A DNA stretch of 20,845 nucleotides from Oligoflexus sp. Its GTDB lineage: Bacteria; Bdellovibrionota_B; Oligoflexia; Oligoflexales; Oligoflexaceae. The stretch is taken from NCBI GenBank assembly GCA_041736305.1, contig JBGSTX010000125.1, positions 1 to 20,845 of the forward strand, given 5' to 3'. Under the pieces are notes generated by a model that saw nothing but the letters and a program-made list of their open reading frames with translations, made no database searches and was not told the origin of the DNA. A program made the translations under genes and the position numbers. Below are positions 8,459-17,171 of the stretch, piece after piece (position 1 is the first letter of the stretch; each line of letters starts with the position of its first letter).

Positions 8459-11400
8459 TCAGCGACCCGGTATGATTTTTATTTGATCAATGCCGCGGTA
8501 GGTAAAGCCGCTGCTGTTGATGTTGCGGCTGGTCAAACGCATGCAGTCGATGGCGACCTGAGAATCGAAGTTGATGGCCGGGCTTACTGTGCCGTTAGGC
8601 AGCTTCACCGTATATCTCTTATTCGTCAAATCTACTTCGACACTGATCGGAGCCTTGCGTTGATTCACCTGAGAGAGGCTTGAGGTAACATTCCCGATCT
8701 TAGTCCCGAGGAATTCCTCGCCCGCTAAACCCGAAGCAGTGCCACCCCAGACGAGATGCACAGCAGCACCTGAGGTGGTAGGCAAATTTTTGTCCATAAG
8801 ATCGCAGCGGCCGAGCTGGAACTCTTGCAGATAGTTCGCAGGAGCTGCGGAACCCTTTTTGAGGTCAAGGTAAAAACTCCAGGTAATGGAACCACTGGTC
8901 TGCAGCGGTAGAGGAAGTTTGGCACTGGCTAGATCCACAGCGCTGTTGATTTGCAGCTGATCGCCGGCTATTTGGAAAACGCCTGGGTAGCCATTCTCGT
9001 TTTCCTGCCAGGCTTTGCCGAGGCTGAGACTAGCATCTCTTTGAAAGCTCTCATCGAGCAGGGCGGTACTTCCCTGCATCAACCAAGCGATACTCTGATT
9101 GAAGAGAGTCCAGCCGATAGCTGTAAGAGTATCGTCATCGTTGGGAAGCGAAGTAGCGAGTCGGCGTGCAGGAGCCACCATGTTGCCAGGTAGGTAGTTG
9201 CGTTCTTCATAGCCGAAAATCACAGCTTGTGCACTATTGTTGGGGTTGACGGCAATCGTCTGAGCGTTGGCCGAATTGGTGATGCCGTAGGCCAGAGCCT
9301 CATTACTTGAAAAAACCGTTTGCACGGTGGCAGCCATACCGCTGGCGATGGGATGCGCGGCATTGGTGATGCGCACCTGCCTGCCCGAGTAGGTACCTGA
9401 TGAACCGGAGAGCATTCTCATCTCAGTCATGTCCGTTTTGTCCCAAACGACGGCAGGGACTGGACTGTCATAGAATTTATTTTGGTAGCGATTCCTTCGG
9501 GCTGAACGTGAAAAGAGCAGGAGCTCTTTTTGGTTCGCATCATTCACTGTGGAAAGATTGTCATCTTGAGAAGTGACGGCAAAGCCAAGAGCGTTGAGCC
9601 TAGTGATTATAGACTGCTCAACGTTTTCGAGACTAAAACTGCCAACGATAAAAAGGGCTCGAGGCCGGACCATTATGCGAATGCTGGCCGGCATGCTCGG
9701 TCCACTCGCATCGATAGCGCGAAACGTGAAGCTATCGCTGCCCGTAAAATTAGCTGCCGGCGTGTAGCTCAGGTTAGGAGGCGTTCCCGCCAAGGTTCCG
9801 AAGCGAGGCTGATTCAAAACTTCGAAGCTTATTGCTCCCGATCCCCCAAGCGCGCTGAGTGTCAGCGCGCGGGTTTGATTAAGCCCGGTGGTATAAGTTG
9901 AGGCCTTGGCAATCAGAGCGTTGATGGAAGCTTCAAGACCAAGACTCTGACTAAGTACTTGAGAGCCGTTGTTATAACTCAGTGAAAAGCTACCCTCGTA
10001 GAATCCTGCCGTCGGAGCCGCAAAGCTCAAGACGATCGTGCACTGGGCAGCCGCGCTGAGACTGCTGCTGCAGTTGCCACCTGTACCAGGGAAGTTTCCG
10101 CCGGCCCAGTTGAAGAGATTGGAGCTAAAACTGCCGCCTAGGGCGCTAGCGCTGGCCCCACCACTGTTTTTGACGATAATATGCTTCTTAATTGCTTGTC
10201 CCGCTGGCTGCGAAGGAAATTCTATCGCCCCAACATCGGAAAGAGTCAGATAAGCAGCAGTCGCTCCATTGCCACGAAGCGAGGTTTGGACCTGGGAAGT
10301 CATCGCACTGTCGAAGTAGCTAAGCGTGAGCGTAGAGTTGAGGATACTGGTGTTGCTCGGGTTGAAGCCAACTGTGAGATAACAAAATTGTCCAGCCGGT
10401 AGGACAGTCCCACAGTTCGCGTTATCGCCAGGAAAACCACCCGGAAAGATAAAGGGAGCCGTGAGGGGGCTGAGCAGCTGAATTTGGGTCGCCGGAGCGC
10501 GACCGGTGTTAGTGAGTTTGACCCTAAGGCTATGCGGCAGATTATTAGCTCGCGAGCCGAAATTGTAGAGGGGTGCGTCGAAGACCAAAAAGGCGATGTC
10601 ATCGTCTAAAATATCGACTTCCGCATATTGATTCTTGGGCAAGTAATTGATACCTGGAGCGACCCTTACCCGTATAAATTCAGTGCCTTCATAGGTGTTA
10701 TCGTTGATCGCCGAAATAGTGAAAGTTTTCGAGCTTTGACCTGCAGCCAGGGTCATCTTGCTGGGCAAGGCATTGGTGTCTATACCGGACGTCGCGTCGC
10801 CTTCATAGCTCAGATTAACTTCGAGGGCTGTGGTGGCCGGGGCAGCTCTTTGTACGGTTATCGTCGCAGCAGCGCTGCTGCTTTCACTGATCTGACTCAC
10901 GTTGCTGCTGACTCCCACTTCATAAATCGTGTGGGTGAGGTTCGTCCCGGCCACCGATTCAGAAAGTAAGAAGCTGACTGCATAGGCCGAAGTTTCCAAA
11001 ACGGCCGGCAGTTGACTGAGCACCTTGAGATAAATGGTCTGTCCGCTAGTGTTCACAAAGCTGTTCATAGCATTCAGCTGACCTTGAAAGGGCGTACCTG
11101 AGGGCAGCTGATAATCGATGCCGCTGATATTTACGCGGACGACCTGGATTTGACAGCCACGATCGAAACGGTAGAGACTGAGTGTGCGCAAAGAGAAAGT
11201 ATTCAGGGTTGAGCCATAGCCGCTCTTGCAGCCCACAAGTTGATAGGCTACGTCGCGAATATCGGACACGAGTCCGAAACTTCCCCCCTCCGTCCGAGCG
11301 GTTTGCAGACTGGCTATTACACTCTGGGTTTCGGCAACTTCCTCATCGGCAGCCAGGCTTTGGAGGCCCGATTCTTCGCTACCTTCTTCGGTCCCGGCTT

Positions 11401-11545
11401 CAGACTCGGGCCCTTCAGGGAAACAGGCAGAGGTAGAGAGAGAAAGAGAGAAGAAACTTACAATGAGGCATAAAGTCCAGAGACGGTTCAGTCTCTGCGA
11501 GCTACTAGTCCTAAATATGTAGCGTATCCCTTGGGGGATTAGCAT
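8459..11545 (-). CDS. Large modular surface lipoprotein/adhesin (Calx-beta, two ASH/choice-of-anchor D domains, Ig-like domain, further C-terminal domains)
   Basis: Hydrophobic signal with LSTSAC lipobox. Calx-beta: ISE...ITVQR...GDATSGID...INDNTYEGTE...ILDDD. Two Cys-paired FPG...C...C repeats. Ig-like: QPRFGTLAGTPPNLSYTPAANFTGSDSFTFRA. Start chosen at ATG 11545 (AAGGA RBS); the open frame extends to 11578. Confidence 0.82.
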   Translation of the reverse strand: MLIPQGIRYIFRTSSSQRLNRLWTLCLIVSFFSLSLSTSACFPEGPESEAGTEEGSEESGLQSLAADEEVAETQSVIASLQTARTEGGSFGLVSDIRDVAYQLVGCKSGYGSTLNTFSLRTLSLYRFDRGCQIQVVRVNISGIDYQLPSGTPFQGQLNAMNSFVNTSGQTIYLKVLSQLPAVLETSAYAVSFLLSESVAGTNLTHTIYEVGVSSNVSQISESSSAAATITVQRAAPATTALEVNLSYEGDATSGIDTNALPSKMTLAAGQSSKTFTISAINDNTYEGTEFIRVRVAPGINYLPKNQYAEVDILDDDIAFLVFDAPLYNFGSRANNLPHSLRVKLTNTGRAPATQIQLLSPLTAPFIFPGGFPGDNANCGTVLPAGQFCYLTVGFNPSNTSILNSTLTLSYFDSAMTSQVQTSLRGNGATAAYLTLSDVGAIEFPSQPAGQAIKKHIIVKNSGGASASALGGSFSSNLFNWAGGNFPGTGGNCSSSLSAAAQCTIVLSFAAPTAGFYEGSFSLSYNNGSQVLSQSLGLEASINALIAKASTYTTGLNQTRALTLSALGGSGAISFEVLNQPRFGTLAGTPPNLSYTPAANFTGSDSFTFRAIDASGPSMPASIRIMVRPRALFIVGSFSLENVEQSIITRLNALGFAVTSQDDNLSTVNDANQKELLLFSRSARRNRYQNKFYDSPVPAVVWDKTDMTEMRMLSGSSGTYSGRQVRITNAAHPIASGMAATVQTVFSSNEALAYGITNSANAQTIAVNPNNSAQAVIFGYEERNYLPGNMVAPARRLATSLPNDDDTLTAIGWTLFNQSIAWLMQGSTALLDESFQRDASLSLGKAWQENENGYPGVFQIAGDQLQINSAVDLASAKLPLPLQTSGSITWSFYLDLKKGSAAPANYLQEFQLGRCDLMDKNLPTTSGAAVHLVWGGTASGLAGEEFLGTKIGNVTSSLSQVNQRKAPISVEVDLTNKRYTVKLPNGTVSPAINFDSQVAIDCMRLTSRNINSSGFTYRGIDQIKIIPGR
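9928..10592 (-). repeat. Two tandem ~110-aa ASH-type protein repeats (boundaries approximate)
   Basis: LTNTGRAPA...FPGGFPGDNANCGTVLPAGQFCYLTVGFNP...LTLSYFD versus VKNSGGASA...WAGGNFPGTGGNCSSSLSAAAQCTIVLSFAAP...FSLSYNN. Confidence 0.8.
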
Positions 11546-11583
11546 CAGCGTTCCTTCGATAGACATAACAAGACTCACATTCC

Positions 11584-11610
11584 TCTTCGGTCTTTGGAAG
11601 GCAAACTGAA
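11584..11610 (-). promoter_or_regulatory. Putative sigma-28 (FliA)-type promoter for the large surface protein gene
   Basis: Minus strand TTCAGTTT-N11-ACCGAAGA, same spacing and CAGTTT/CCG cores as the site at 3283-3309. Confidence 0.5.
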
Positions 11611-11673
11611 GTTAGGGTCTTAGCATTATGATAAGATTGAGTAATAAGCGAAAATTTCAAAAATATCCGCTTG

Positions 11674-12276
11674 TTAGAAAATTAGGCTGATCGTTACGCT
11701 GATAAAATAACGAGGACTGGCAGTTAGAATAAAATGTTGCGGCTCACTGTCGCGGATAGGCAGTTCGAGGAAGATCCACTTCTCGGTCCCTTCAAGGACA
11801 GGGTGTTGAATACCTAGCAGCTGAGCGAGCGCTGATTCAGGGAGGATGACCGTATCAAAGGGAGCATAGTTGGGCCCGTTAGCCTGAATTCCTACGACAG
11901 GAATCCGAGCCCGAGGTGAGCTCAAATAGATCAGCTCGTGGCTGTCTTGCTCGATCAGCCAGGTCTCGCTGAAGGCTTCCGATTCGAGAGCGACGTTGAG
12001 GGTATTAAATCCCGAACGTAAGACTTCCCAGTTGACGCCAAAGCGAAAGACATAGGGAGCTGGTAGCTTATTGTGCTGGGGCGGAACGGGCGAGAGAGGA
12101 CCCGCAAACTCTCCGACCTTTCTATGAGCTTTCACAGGACTTTGACTAAAGGCCGGTGAGCTGCTGAGGAGAAGGGCATGAAGGATTAAGCCAAAACCGA
12201 GGAAGACAGAGATAGAGACAGAAGCAGGAGCCCGCAGCTGCGCGAACATCAAAAAATCTTTAAAAACACCCCTCAT
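11674..12276 (-). CDS. Hypothetical protein, probably exported
   Basis: Only long ORF in the interval; TAAGGAG RBS before ATG 12276; hydrophobic stretch ending PAFS (signal peptidase-like). No family recognised. Confidence 0.65.
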   Translation of the reverse strand: MRGVFKDFLMFAQLRAPASVSISVFLGFGLILHALLLSSSPAFSQSPVKAHRKVGEFAGPLSPVPPQHNKLPAPYVFRFGVNWEVLRSGFNTLNVALESEAFSETWLIEQDSHELIYLSSPRARIPVVGIQANGPNYAPFDTVILPESALAQLLGIQHPVLEGTEKWIFLELPIRDSEPQHFILTASPRYFISVTISLIF

Positions 12277-12365
12277 GATGAGTCTCCTTATCCGACACTC
12301 AGACATAGGTCCTAAATTAACTTGCTAAGGGAGCCTCTTTCAACTGATTAAATCCTGGAATCTTA

Positions 12366-12374
12366 TGATAGAAT
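12366..12374 (+). promoter_or_regulatory. Possible extended -10 promoter element
   Basis: TGaTAGAAT, identical to the element upstream of ihfB; no good -35. Confidence 0.35.
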
Positions 12375-12429
12375 GCGAAAATATGACCAAGATGTACTAT
12401 CAAAAATAGAAAAGATGAGGCATGTAAAA

Positions 12430-13845
12430 ATGCTGCTGTTGTCTATGCTCGAGGATACTCGCCGGCGTTTCTCGCGTCTCGTGCGAGCTGCGCTTGGTCA
12501 CTTCATCTTTCTGTTTTTGCTTTCTCTAGTGCTAGCTCCTCCTAGTTTTGCAGGAGTCCACAACGCTCCTATCGTGATATCAGCTGCAAAAATTAAGCAG
12601 GGCGCGCAGTTTCCCCTGTCTCGCTATCGACTCTTTCGTCTCGGCGACCGAGGTGAAGCGGTGCCAGTCCCTTTTCAAATCGATGAAATTAACGCGGTCG
12701 GTGATTATGTGATGAACCAGGGTCCGAAACCTACCGCTGATACCGGAAACGGCATTTTCGATGGGCTCGATGAGCTCTGTTTTATGGGCGATGACGTCGG
12801 TAAAGTTGGAATGCCGAACAAGTGGCCGGACGATAAAGCTCCGCAGAACGTGGTCGAAATCAAGATCATACCTCCCGGACATCTCGCTCAAGAAAAGACC
12901 GAGGGTGCGGTCTACCTCGCCATCTATCAACAGCCCCCTGCTATGCTCCCCGGTCCCAAGTATGTGTCCTTCAATCTTGATGCCGGTGAAGTCTTGACCT
13001 CGCGCTATCGCTATCTCTTCGACAAGAAGAATTACCTGGTCGTAAACGGAGTCGATATGATTCCTAATCGCGATGGCAGCAGCGCCAGCAGCGAAAATAG
13101 TCCTACAAAGGTTCCGCTCATCGATTCCTCGACTTTCTATGCTAAGGCCGATCTGAAATATTTTCTTACCGTGCAGGTCAACCACCGCTCCGTCAATAGC
13201 CGCCTCGAAGCCTATAAGAGCGGGCCGATTCGCACGGTCGTGCGGGTCGTCTTCTTCTACACCTTCCTCAAACTTAATTTTGAAGTCGGCATGTACACTG
13301 AAGTCAGCTTCTTCAGCAATTCTGTAATCTTGCCTGCTATCATCTATAATCCTTTGGATGGTGTTAAAAGCCTCAACATGGGTAGCGGCTTCTACTATGG
13401 CTTTGCCCTCCATGAGAACCCTAAGACCTATCAGTTCGGCACCAATATGCGTCCCTATTCAGAAAAGGTGGAACGCAAGGGCTTGATGAGCTTCATGGAC
13501 AAGGATGCGCCTCTTGAATCCGAGTACTTTGCCAGTCTAGTCGGCGAGGATAGGATGATGTACGTAATCATGAGGCCCTCCAAACAGATGCTCGCCGATG
13601 GCAACATTCCCTACTTCTATCTGGATAACAAATCTGGAGACGATCTGCGGAAACGCAACAATGACGATCTCAATACCCTCGTCAAAAGTCCCGTGAACCT
13701 TGGGCTCTACTTCGACCTCACGAAATTTCGAGAGGGCGAACACATGATGTCTTTCCAGCTTTTCTTTGAAAACAAGAAGGACTATAAGAATCTCGAAGTA
13801 TTCCGATCCCTAGATCGATGGACGACGAAGATTTCCCGGATGTGA
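12430..13845 (+). CDS. Secreted hypothetical protein
   Basis: Long ORF with basic then hydrophobic signal ending PPSFA. Start probably ATG 12430 (GAGG RBS); frame is open from 12373. The PVPFQIDE...DGLDELCFMGDDVG and GPIRTV segments look like conserved motifs of an uncharacterised family. Confidence 0.8.
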   Translation: MLLLSMLEDTRRRFSRLVRAALGHFIFLFLLSLVLAPPSFAGVHNAPIVISAAKIKQGAQFPLSRYRLFRLGDRGEAVPVPFQIDEINAVGDYVMNQGPKPTADTGNGIFDGLDELCFMGDDVGKVGMPNKWPDDKAPQNVVEIKIIPPGHLAQEKTEGAVYLAIYQQPPAMLPGPKYVSFNLDAGEVLTSRYRYLFDKKNYLVVNGVDMIPNRDGSSASSENSPTKVPLIDSSTFYAKADLKYFLTVQVNHRSVNSRLEAYKSGPIRTVVRVVFFYTFLKLNFEVGMYTEVSFFSNSVILPAIIYNPLDGVKSLNMGSGFYYGFALHENPKTYQFGTNMRPYSEKVERKGLMSFMDKDAPLESEYFASLVGEDRMMYVIMRPSKQMLADGNIPYFYLDNKSGDDLRKRNNDDLNTLVKSPVNLGLYFDLTKFREGEHMMSFQLFFENKKDYKNLEVFRSLDRWTTKISRM

Positions 13846-13849
13846 TGCG

Positions 13850-14761
13850 ATGATGCCGAGCGACATAGAAATACCACCTTCCCAACGCGACCGCAGTCTG
13901 CCCATGATAGTCAATTTGCGGGGAGACGAGGACTACGCGCTAGATTTTCAGGTCGATGCTGAAGGAGCTATGGAGCTCCTCGGTATCAAGCGCTCGCGCC
14001 TGACTCAGATATCGGGACGAGAGCTCCGCGTTGGGCGGATTCGCCGCGATCGCTATTTGAGGCCCGTCTATCGCGAACTGGATCTGCGCGACTATCAAGA
14101 ATGGACCCGAGCCACAGCCACCCATCAAAGTTCGTCGAAAGCCATTGAGCAGGCGATCGACAGTCTCGACGATCGCTTCAGTGATCTCTTTGTGGTCCTG
14201 CACGAGCGGCTCCAACATTTCCAGAGCCAGGAGCTGAGTTGGTTCGGACAGAAGTTTTCGCTGCTGCGCGGCGATGTCGAAACAGCCTTTAGGACCCTCG
14301 AGAGCTCACTGCTCAAGGTGGATCGCGATCTAGAACTGCAAAGGCGGCAGGGTCTCGGGATCCGCATGAGGCAGGAAGAGCAGCTCAAAGGCGATGCGCG
14401 CCAGTCGGCTCTGGTCGAGCAGACCGATCAGCGGCTCGGCATCTTTCATCAAGATCTAAGGGAAGTGATCGCGGCTGTTGCCCTCATCCGCCGCGAGCAG
14501 CAGGAACTGCGAGCTGCCTGGGGCGAGAGCGCAGCCGCCGCACGTGAAAACCAAAACATCCTGATCAATCATAGAAAGACTCAGGACGAGCGCTTAGACA
14601 CAATACTACTTACCATAAGCGAATGTTTCGCCGGGCTAGAGCAGAGGCTGGATGAGCTGGCCCAGGCAACGGCCCCTAGCCCAAGCCAGGTCCGCGTTCC
14701 ACGACGCCAGCCGAGGTCTAGTGGCAGCAGGCAGTATCGGATGAAAAAACCCTATTTCTAA
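13850..14761 (+). CDS. Hypothetical protein with N-terminal MerR/excisionase-like HTH and long coiled coil
   Basis: VDAEGAMELLGIKRSRLTQI...RPVYRELDL resembles a winged HTH; the remainder is heptad-like and E/Q/R/L-rich with a basic tail. Starts 4 nt after the upstream stop. Confidence 0.72.
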   Translation: MMPSDIEIPPSQRDRSLPMIVNLRGDEDYALDFQVDAEGAMELLGIKRSRLTQISGRELRVGRIRRDRYLRPVYRELDLRDYQEWTRATATHQSSSKAIEQAIDSLDDRFSDLFVVLHERLQHFQSQELSWFGQKFSLLRGDVETAFRTLESSLLKVDRDLELQRRQGLGIRMRQEEQLKGDARQSALVEQTDQRLGIFHQDLREVIAAVALIRREQQELRAAWGESAAAARENQNILINHRKTQDERLDTILLTISECFAGLEQRLDELAQATAPSPSQVRVPRRQPRSSGSRQYRMKKPYF

Positions 14762-15465
14762 GGGATAAGGCGACGAGCTCGGATGAGATTGATAATGGTC
14801 TCAACCGTGTCGTGCATATCGAGTGCACTACTATCGATCAGTATCGCATCGGGAGCTAGGATAAGCGGGGCATTGCCACGGGCAGAATCTTGCTGGTCCC
14901 TTTCGCGAATGCTGGTCTTAATCGCCTCAAACTCAGCTAGACTAGCGGTATCACCGTCTTTTAGCTGGTGAAGACGCCGCCTCGCTCTCTCTTCTATCGA
15001 TGCTGTCAGAAATATTTTTAAGTCGGCGTCAGGGAAGACTACCGAACCAATATCACGTCCATCGACTACTGCACCCTTCGGAGATAGAAGCGCCAGCTTT
15101 CGCTGGAGAGGCAAAAGCTTTTCGCGCACCAGAGGGATTTTAGCTATCCAGCTGGCATCCTGACCTGCCTGATCCGAGTAGAGATGCGGAGTCAGATCGA
15201 GATCGCGATAGGAAACCTTCTGCGTCGCAGGATCCCAGCTGAGATGCTCACAAAAATCTTCGATCACACTGGACAGAGCCGCGTGATCCTCAAAAGATTT
15301 ATTCTGCTGACGACAGAGATAGGCAACCGAACGATAAAGAAATCCGGTGTTAACGTAGGTCCAGCCTAGCTTCGCACAGACCTTCGAGCAGACGCTGCTC
15401 TTGCCAGATCCAGCCGGGCCATCGACAGCTACTATTTTACAAGGTGAATTTGCGGGGTTTTCCAT
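14758..15465 (-). CDS. cmk: Cytidylate kinase
   Basis: VAVDGPAGSGKSS, TGFLYR, VDGRDIGSVVFPDADLKIFLTASIEERARRR, RDQQDSAR..APL; GAGG RBS. Confidence 0.97.
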   Translation of the reverse strand: MENPANSPCKIVAVDGPAGSGKSSVCSKVCAKLGWTYVNTGFLYRSVAYLCRQQNKSFEDHAALSSVIEDFCEHLSWDPATQKVSYRDLDLTPHLYSDQAGQDASWIAKIPLVREKLLPLQRKLALLSPKGAVVDGRDIGSVVFPDADLKIFLTASIEERARRRLHQLKDGDTASLAEFEAIKTSIRERDQQDSARGNAPLILAPDAILIDSSALDMHDTVETIINLIRARRLIP

Positions 15466-15492
15466 CAGTTTCCCTCAGTTCCCCAGGGGGAT

Positions 15493-16824
15493 TCACGAGA
15501 CGCTATCCAAAACTTCATAAAAATCAGGGAAGCTTACTCGTACACATTCTGAGTTCAAAATACAAGATGGCTTTTCACCAAACCTCGCCAAGATCGCAGC
15601 AGCCATCGCTAAGCGGTGATCACCGAGTGAATCGTAGGTGAAGGCTCTGACCTTTTTCAGCCCACCTTCGATGATGAGATCATCACCATCGACGCTGACC
15701 CCTGCTCCGGCTAGACGGAGTAACTCTGCAGTTTTTGCGAGACGATCGCTCTCTTTAATGCGGAGCTCCTCGAGACCGGAGAAACGCGAGCGACCTTCGG
15801 CAAAAGCTGCAGCTACAGCTAGAATAGGAATCTCGTCGACGAGGGTTGGCACTTCGCGGGCAACGATATCAGCAGCTCGCAGCACTGATCCACCGCGGGC
15901 TTGAATGCGCATCACAGGTTCAACAAAACGCCGATCAGCTTCGGAAGTGGTATCGAGCGCCGGGCTCATGCGTTCGAGTATTCTCAGAAAACCCAAGCGG
16001 GTAGGATTGTCGAGGACGTGAGGGATTTGGATCGCTCCGCCTGATCTCAAAAGGCCATAAACAGCAAAAAAAGCAGCTGAAGAAGGATCGACAGGAATAT
16101 AGAATTCACCAGCTAAAGGCTCAAACGGACCTTCCACTCGGACTGTTTCCAGGTCGTCCTGGTAGCTGCGCTCTAGCTTAGCGCCCATTCTTTCAAGGAA
16201 TCGTTCGGTATGATCGCGCGATCCAGCTGGCAAGCTCACAGTTGTTACACCGGGAGCAAAAAGTCCCGCCAGCAGGAGGGCTGACTTCACCTGGGCGCTA
16301 GATTTGTCGACCTGATGCGAGCAGGCCTTGAGAGCAACGCCTTCGATTTCTAAAGGCAGAAAATTGCCGCCGTCCCGGCCCTCTATCTTCGCTCCCATGC
16401 GGCGTAGCGGCTCTACAACGCGCTTCATAGGGCGCTGCGAAAGACTCTCGTCGCCGATGAGACGACAGCGCAGACCAGGCTGTCCCGCAAGTATGCCGCT
16501 AATCAAGCGAGCCGTAGTTCCACTGTTGCCGCAGTCGAGATCGACGTTCGGCTGACGCCAGGCTTTAAAACCCTCGGAAACCACTGCTATAGTGGTAGGC
16601 CGGAGTTCTTGAATGCGCACACCAAGGGCTCGGAAACAGGCCATGGTGGACAAGCAATCCTCGCCAAGGAGAGGAAAGTGAATGCGACTGAAGCCACTCG
16701 CTAATGAGGCAAACATCACGGCTCTGTGGGTCAAAGACTTATCCCGACCGCAGATAACGCTGAGGGTCGGTGGCAGCGCCGTAGGTGATGGCGCGTGAAT
16801 CCAGCGTTCTGTCACTGCCGTCAT
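15493..16824 (-). CDS. aroA: 3-phosphoshikimate 1-carboxyvinyltransferase (class II-like EPSP synthase)
   Basis: DKSLTHRA, LDCGNSGTTARL, GDESLSQRPM, SAQVKSA, SRDHTE, NPTR, ELRIKESDR, DHRLAMA, SFPDF; AAGGAG RBS. Confidence 0.97.
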   Translation of the reverse strand: MTAVTERWIHAPSPTALPPTLSVICGRDKSLTHRAVMFASLASGFSRIHFPLLGEDCLSTMACFRALGVRIQELRPTTIAVVSEGFKAWRQPNVDLDCGNSGTTARLISGILAGQPGLRCRLIGDESLSQRPMKRVVEPLRRMGAKIEGRDGGNFLPLEIEGVALKACSHQVDKSSAQVKSALLLAGLFAPGVTTVSLPAGSRDHTERFLERMGAKLERSYQDDLETVRVEGPFEPLAGEFYIPVDPSSAAFFAVYGLLRSGGAIQIPHVLDNPTRLGFLRILERMSPALDTTSEADRRFVEPVMRIQARGGSVLRAADIVAREVPTLVDEIPILAVAAAFAEGRSRFSGLEELRIKESDRLAKTAELLRLAGAGVSVDGDDLIIEGGLKKVRAFTYDSLGDHRLAMAAAILARFGEKPSCILNSECVRVSFPDFYEVLDSVS

Positions 16825-16995
16825 ACGCGGGCTCCTTTTCGAAGGTCAGTTTGAGACTTTTAAGGTCATACCAGTCTTGACTGCGGACGTCAGGGTAAAA
16901 TTTCGACTCCATTTCGCGCTACTTGCAGGGCAGCTCGAAGAGCTGCGGCTCTAGCTCTTGACGCAGTTCGAATACTTAGCCCCTTGCGAGGTAGT

Positions 16996-17008
16996 TAAAT
17001 GACTGATA
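16996..17008 (-). promoter_or_regulatory. Putative IHF binding site
   Basis: Minus strand TATCAG-TCAT-TTA is a full match to WATCAR-N4-TTR, with an AT-rich tract on its 5' side. Confidence 0.6.
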
Positions 17009-17105
17009 TAATTATTTAATTCAAAATAAGCTCACAGCCAGGTTATCTACCTCGTGGGCGAATGATCATTGAGACCTATTAATTTATAGGTGCGATTGCT
17101 TGTAG

Positions 17106-17135
17106 TTGCCTCGACGAAGCGCCTCTTGATAGAAT
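17106..17135 (+). promoter_or_regulatory. Putative sigma-70 promoter of ihfB
   Basis: TTGCCT-N18-TAGAAT with extended TG, 36 nt upstream of the ATG. Confidence 0.55.
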
Positions 17136-17171
17136 AGGGGCTGGGTTTCAGTATCTAACAAGGGGAAATCA

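Noticed and set aside
12580..13413. 277-aa minus-strand ORF
   Set aside because: Antisense shadow within the 12430-13845 gene; no independent features.
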